Origin: Octopus sinensis
Lineage: Eukaryota
Direction of reading: 5' to 3'
DNA length: 43,497 nucleotides
NCBI RefSeq assembly: GCF_006345805.1
Contig: NW_021835097.1
Span: forward strand, 1 to 43,497
Below the pieces are notes generated by a model. That model was not told the DNA's origin, ran no database searches, and was given only the letters and a program-made list of their open reading frames with translations. Shown in pieces: positions 38,560-43,497 of the stretch; position 1 is the stretch's first letter, and each line of letters begins with the position of its first letter. The translations under genes were made by a program, and so were the position numbers.

Positions 38560-38820
38560 CGTTGCAGGATTACTCATTTTTGCCAGCTGAGTGGACTGGA
38601 ACAACATGAAATGAAATGTGTTGCACAAGAAAACAATGCATTGCCTATACAGGAATCAGACTTTTACGATCATGAGTCTAGCACCTTAACCAATAATATT
38701 ACGACCATGAGTCGAGTATCATAACCAGAATCTTACGATCTTGAGTCCAGCACCTTAACCAATAATCTTACGACAATGACTCCAGCACCTTAAGCAATAA
38801 CCTACGCACCTTCATTTCTT
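38560..38820 (-). mobile_element. SINE family C fragment with four tandem ~35-bp copies of part of its head
   Basis: ctcatttttgccagctgagtggactgga..; four ttacga..tgagtc..agcaccttaaccaataa units at 38664-38800. Confidence 0.7.
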
Positions 38821-39943
38821 TCTGAGAATATTCGAGAAAGGGCGGAATAGTCCGCAAGTGTAATATTTTCTAAACATAATTGTGAACTACTTCATCAAAG
38901 CGTATGAGGAAACAAAGTCGAGATGCATGGAATATCCGTCTCCTATATCATTTCTTTCATATTAAATTCAAAATACTCGTAATATAGACCATCTGAAACG
39001 TACTTGTGGAGGATAACTGTTTTTGAGGAACTTATGAACAAACAAAATCGGTGGATATGGCTACGTGTATAGTTATACAGAAGTATAAACACACTTTAAA
39101 ATGCTATCTCGCAGTGTAAGATAACTATGTTACAGTGAATAAAAATTGATTTTGCGATTGAATTATGAAGTTGGAATCATCAATGATAAAATAATCTTCA
39201 GAAATACATTTTTGTAAAAATATATGGAAAAAAGTAATTTCTCAGAATTTTCTGGACAATTAGAATTGAAACTGCTGACTTTAATAACTACTCTTTTTTT
39301 GTAAAGGTTAGATACACCTAACTAATTAATCAGCAGCTTTCTTCATTGTAGTAAAGATGTCTAATATATAAGAAGACGGAGAAAATATCTAACACTGCCT
39401 AAACGATGCGTCTTCTGTAAAGCAGATGTCTGCTGCAGGCAATATACCAAAGTGGCATCTAAATTAGTAGACTTCAAACAGGTATCTGCGATGACATTTT
39501 GTTCACCTGTCAAAAGTGATAAGAAGTCTACACTGCATCAAGATGCAGAACAATATATACCTGATATAGAAGTGCGGACATTGTAACAGTATTTGTTGTA
39601 TCAGAACGCTACGTCTCCCATAAAATATGTAGCTTTGCTAACTGCATACAACAAAGCGGCATAATCCTCCGACTCCGAATACCTTTGAAACTTCGACGTC
39701 AAGATTAAACTTTCTGTTTGTAAGGATATACTTTAGACTTTACGAGCGATAAAGAGTGTGTGTGTGTGGTGTGTGCGTGTGGGTGTATGGAATAAATTAT
39801 TCAAGCCCGTCTATTATTTGTTCGGTAAATATGGTCTTATATTCTAATTCATGGTGTCTGATTCACGTGTATCTAATTCATATGTGCCCAAGTGTCAGGC
39901 AGTGGGACTGAACCCGGACCGTATGGTTCCGGTTTATATATAT

Positions 39944-39975
<32 letters not shown>

Positions 39976-39976
39976 C

Positions 39977-40537
<561 letters not shown>

Positions 40538-40879
40538 CATACAATAATAATAATAGTAATATTAGGGAGTATATCCAAACTTACAGGGGAAATTAGATTT
40601 AGGATTAAATCAAATTTCATACTATAAATATTAATTAAATTAGAGATAAAACCACTATTAGGCAACTCAAATTATATTAATTATATTTATTTTCTATTTT
40701 TTATGTTTTGGTTTATGTCTATCACTGTTTGAGTTGCCTAATAGTGGTTTTAACTCTAATTTAATTTATATATATATATACATATATATACATATATATA
40801 TAGCTTCAAATTTGATGGAGTTATCTGTATTTGCTCCTGGTTTCTGCTGGTAGTTATAGATAATATTCGTTTCAAAATT

Positions 40880-41040
40880 TACATCGACTCCAATATGCAA
40901 ACGGTACGGATTTTATCGACCCTGAGAGAATGAAAAGCAAAGTGGAACTTGGCGGAATTTGAACCCAGAAAGTACAGACAGACGAAATGCCGCTTAGAAA
41001 TTTGCCACGTCGCGTTAACGATTCTGCCAACATGCCACCT
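40880..41040 (-). mobile_element. SINE family B, diverged
   Basis: ttttatcgaccc..atgaaaagcaaagt..ggcggaatttgaac..aacgattctgcca. Confidence 0.8.
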
Positions 41041-41087
41041 TTTGCTGTTGTAAATTCAAGTATGTTGGTGTTTAGGGGAATATGTAT

Positions 41088-41275
41088 ACTCTCTTTTACT
41101 CTTTTACTTGGTGCACCGCCTTTAGCCGAGCAAATCGACCCCAGGACTTATTCTTTGTAAGTCTAGTACTTATTCTATCTGGGTCTTTTGCCGAACCGTT
41201 AAGTTACCGGGACGTAAACACACCAGCATCGGTTGTCAAGCGATGTTGGGGCGACAAACACAGACAAACAAACAT

Positions 41276-41327
<52 letters not shown>

Positions 41328-41487
41328 GATGGGCTTCTTTCAGTTTCCGTCTACCAAATCCACTCACCAGGCTTTGGTCGGCCCGAGGCTATAGTAGAAA
41401 ACACTTGCCCAAGGTACCACGCGGTGGGACTGAACCCAGAACCATGTGGTTCGTAAGCAAGCTACATACCACAGCCACTCCTACGCC
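41088..41487 (-). mobile_element. SINE family A, near full length
   Basis: Reverse complement of the 40099 copy with a small deletion near the tail. Confidence 0.93.
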
Positions 41488-41844
41488 ATTATAGATATTA
41501 TTGAAAAACAGCTTAATGTTGTCAACACATCAGTGATTACTGGTTTTCGTAAGTGAGATAACATTTCCTGAGATTTACGCTATTAAACTAATATTACTTT
41601 CGCGAGCTGAAAGTGAAGTCGGCCTTTAGCGAGCATCTGTTATACTAGACTGCAGCGTAATAGATCTGTTTAAAGAGATTTCTTTCTAACTGCTCTATAA
41701 CTTTAATGGCTTCGAGATTTTAACTGGATTAAGAAACAAATTGTAAGCAGTGAAGTAGTGTGAGAGATTTCTGTAGAAGAAAAAACACAGTCGTATAGAT
41801 ATTTCCATACATGTACAAATATATTATATATTATATATATATAT

Positions 41845-41891
<47 letters not shown>

Positions 41892-42649
41892 CATACACTA
41901 CGTACCGATACATACGGACATATATACATACATACATATGCATATACATATTCACCTACATATATATATATGTATATGTATATGTATATCCATCTATCTA
42001 CCTATCTATCTATCAATCTATCTATTTATCTATCTGTCTATCTATCTATCTATCTATATATATATATATATCTTTCACTTGTTTCAGTTACTAGAACGTG
42101 GCCATGCTGGGGCACAGCTGTAAAAGGTTCAGTCGGAAAAATTGATTTCAGCACTTACATTTTACGGTTTATAGTCATTCAGCTTGTTTTGATGAAGCAC
42201 TATGTTACAGATATGTAAACAATTTGTCAAATATTGGTGGAGACAAGCACAAACGCAAAATTACACACACACACACGTATGTGTGTGTGTGTGTGTGTGT
42301 GTGTATACAATTTCAATAAGGATAAGACCGCTATTTAAAATAACGATCATATCAATTGGCCACCATGGGAAGAAAAACTTTATAGGTAATAAGTATTATT
42401 AAAATCACAATCGAAGGTATCTAAGATACGGATATGCTAGAGATGGCAGTCAAAGCCTGACTCCAAAACCACATCAAGTATTCATATACCACTAAGGATT
42501 GACAGAATAAGTACGATGCGTTAAAAAATATCATTGTGTTGTATGAATGCGTAATGTGGTTTTGGAGTCAGGCTTCGACTGTCATCTCTAGCATGGTGGT
42601 ATCTTAAATACTATCACTTATATATACCATGCATATATGTGTGTCTGAA

Positions 42650-42930
42650 TCGACCAGGCTATTGGATGTTGCTATACATCGCTGTTCACAATGCACTTTG
42701 CGTCGTTTTGGTCCTCGAATGGTACCTTCCCGCTGGTTAGGCGAGCAGGCCAACATTCTCCTTCATCGGAAGCCTATTCCGTTGCAGGGTTATCCATTCA
42801 CGGCTGAGTAATTTGGACCAACGTAAAATGAAGTTTTGCTCAATAACACAACGTGCCACCCAGTTGAGGAATGGTATCCACGATCTAGAGAGTGCAACTG
42901 GTTAACTACTATGCCACGCAACTTCACGTG
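42650..42930 (-). mobile_element. SINE family D
   Basis: Reverse complement head cacgtgaagttgcgtggcatagtagttaac, and ttgagcaaaacttcatttt; 3' part shared with 34517. Confidence 0.65.
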
Positions 42931-42937
42931 TGCTTGA

Positions 42938-42972
<35 letters not shown>

Positions 42973-43074
42973 TATATATACATACATACATACATATATA
43001 CATATACATATATATCATAATATATATATATTATATAGATATATATATATAATATATATATACACATACATGCA

Positions 43075-43405
43075 GGCGAGGGTAGTGATACGAAGCTTGC
43101 TTCTCAACCACATGGTTCCGGGTTCACTCCCAGTGCGTGGTATTTTGGGCAAGTGTCATCTACTATAGCCTCGAGCAGACCAAAGCTTTGTGTATGGATT
43201 AAGCAGACGGAAAATAAATGACAACTTTCCTATATATATGTGTGTGTGTGTGTTTATGTCTCCGTACCTAGCCGTTGGGCAAAAGGACTGACAGAATAAG
43301 TACAGAGCGTGAAAAAAGTCCTGGAGTCGATTTGTCCGACTAAAACCCTTTAAGGCAGTGCCCAGTATGGGCGCAGTCAAATGACTGAAACAAGTAAAGG
43401 ATAAA
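43075..43405 (+). mobile_element. SINE family A, diverged
   Basis: aaccacatggttccgggttcactccc..ttgggcaagtgtc..aatgactgaaacaagtaaa. Confidence 0.88.
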
Positions 43406-43497
43406 GATATATATATATAATATATATAATATATACATACATATATAATATATATATATAATATATATATATATTTTTTTACATTATAAAAGGGCTT

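Overview
AT-rich, microsatellite-saturated eukaryotic non-coding DNA. The tRNA-derived SINE families and (TA)n/(CA)n/(TCTA)n density suggest an octopod cephalopod genome (inference). I found no convincing host protein-coding exon, and almost all ORFs in the track are microsatellite read-through. The window is dominated by transposon remnants: about 25 SINE copies from at least 4 families, an internally deleted mariner, a DD37D (maT) element, a non-autonomous Helitron, R4/Dong-like LINE 3' ends nested in (AAT)n, and four or more decayed Penelope-like elements (PLEs; RT thumb plus GIY-YIG endonuclease). The main observation is about ten minimal type I hammerhead ribozyme (HHR) motifs from at least five unrelated sequence families, most with non-canonical catalytic cores (G3:C8 swap, U3:A8, A6U, A9C, or a roughly 77-nt stem II). 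Several occur as back-to-back inverted pairs. The best case is a young ~320-bp insertion at 15031-15351 with a target-site duplication and a perfect 127-bp palindrome carrying one G3:C8 hammerhead on each strand. All structures were folded by eye and no activity is demonstrated.
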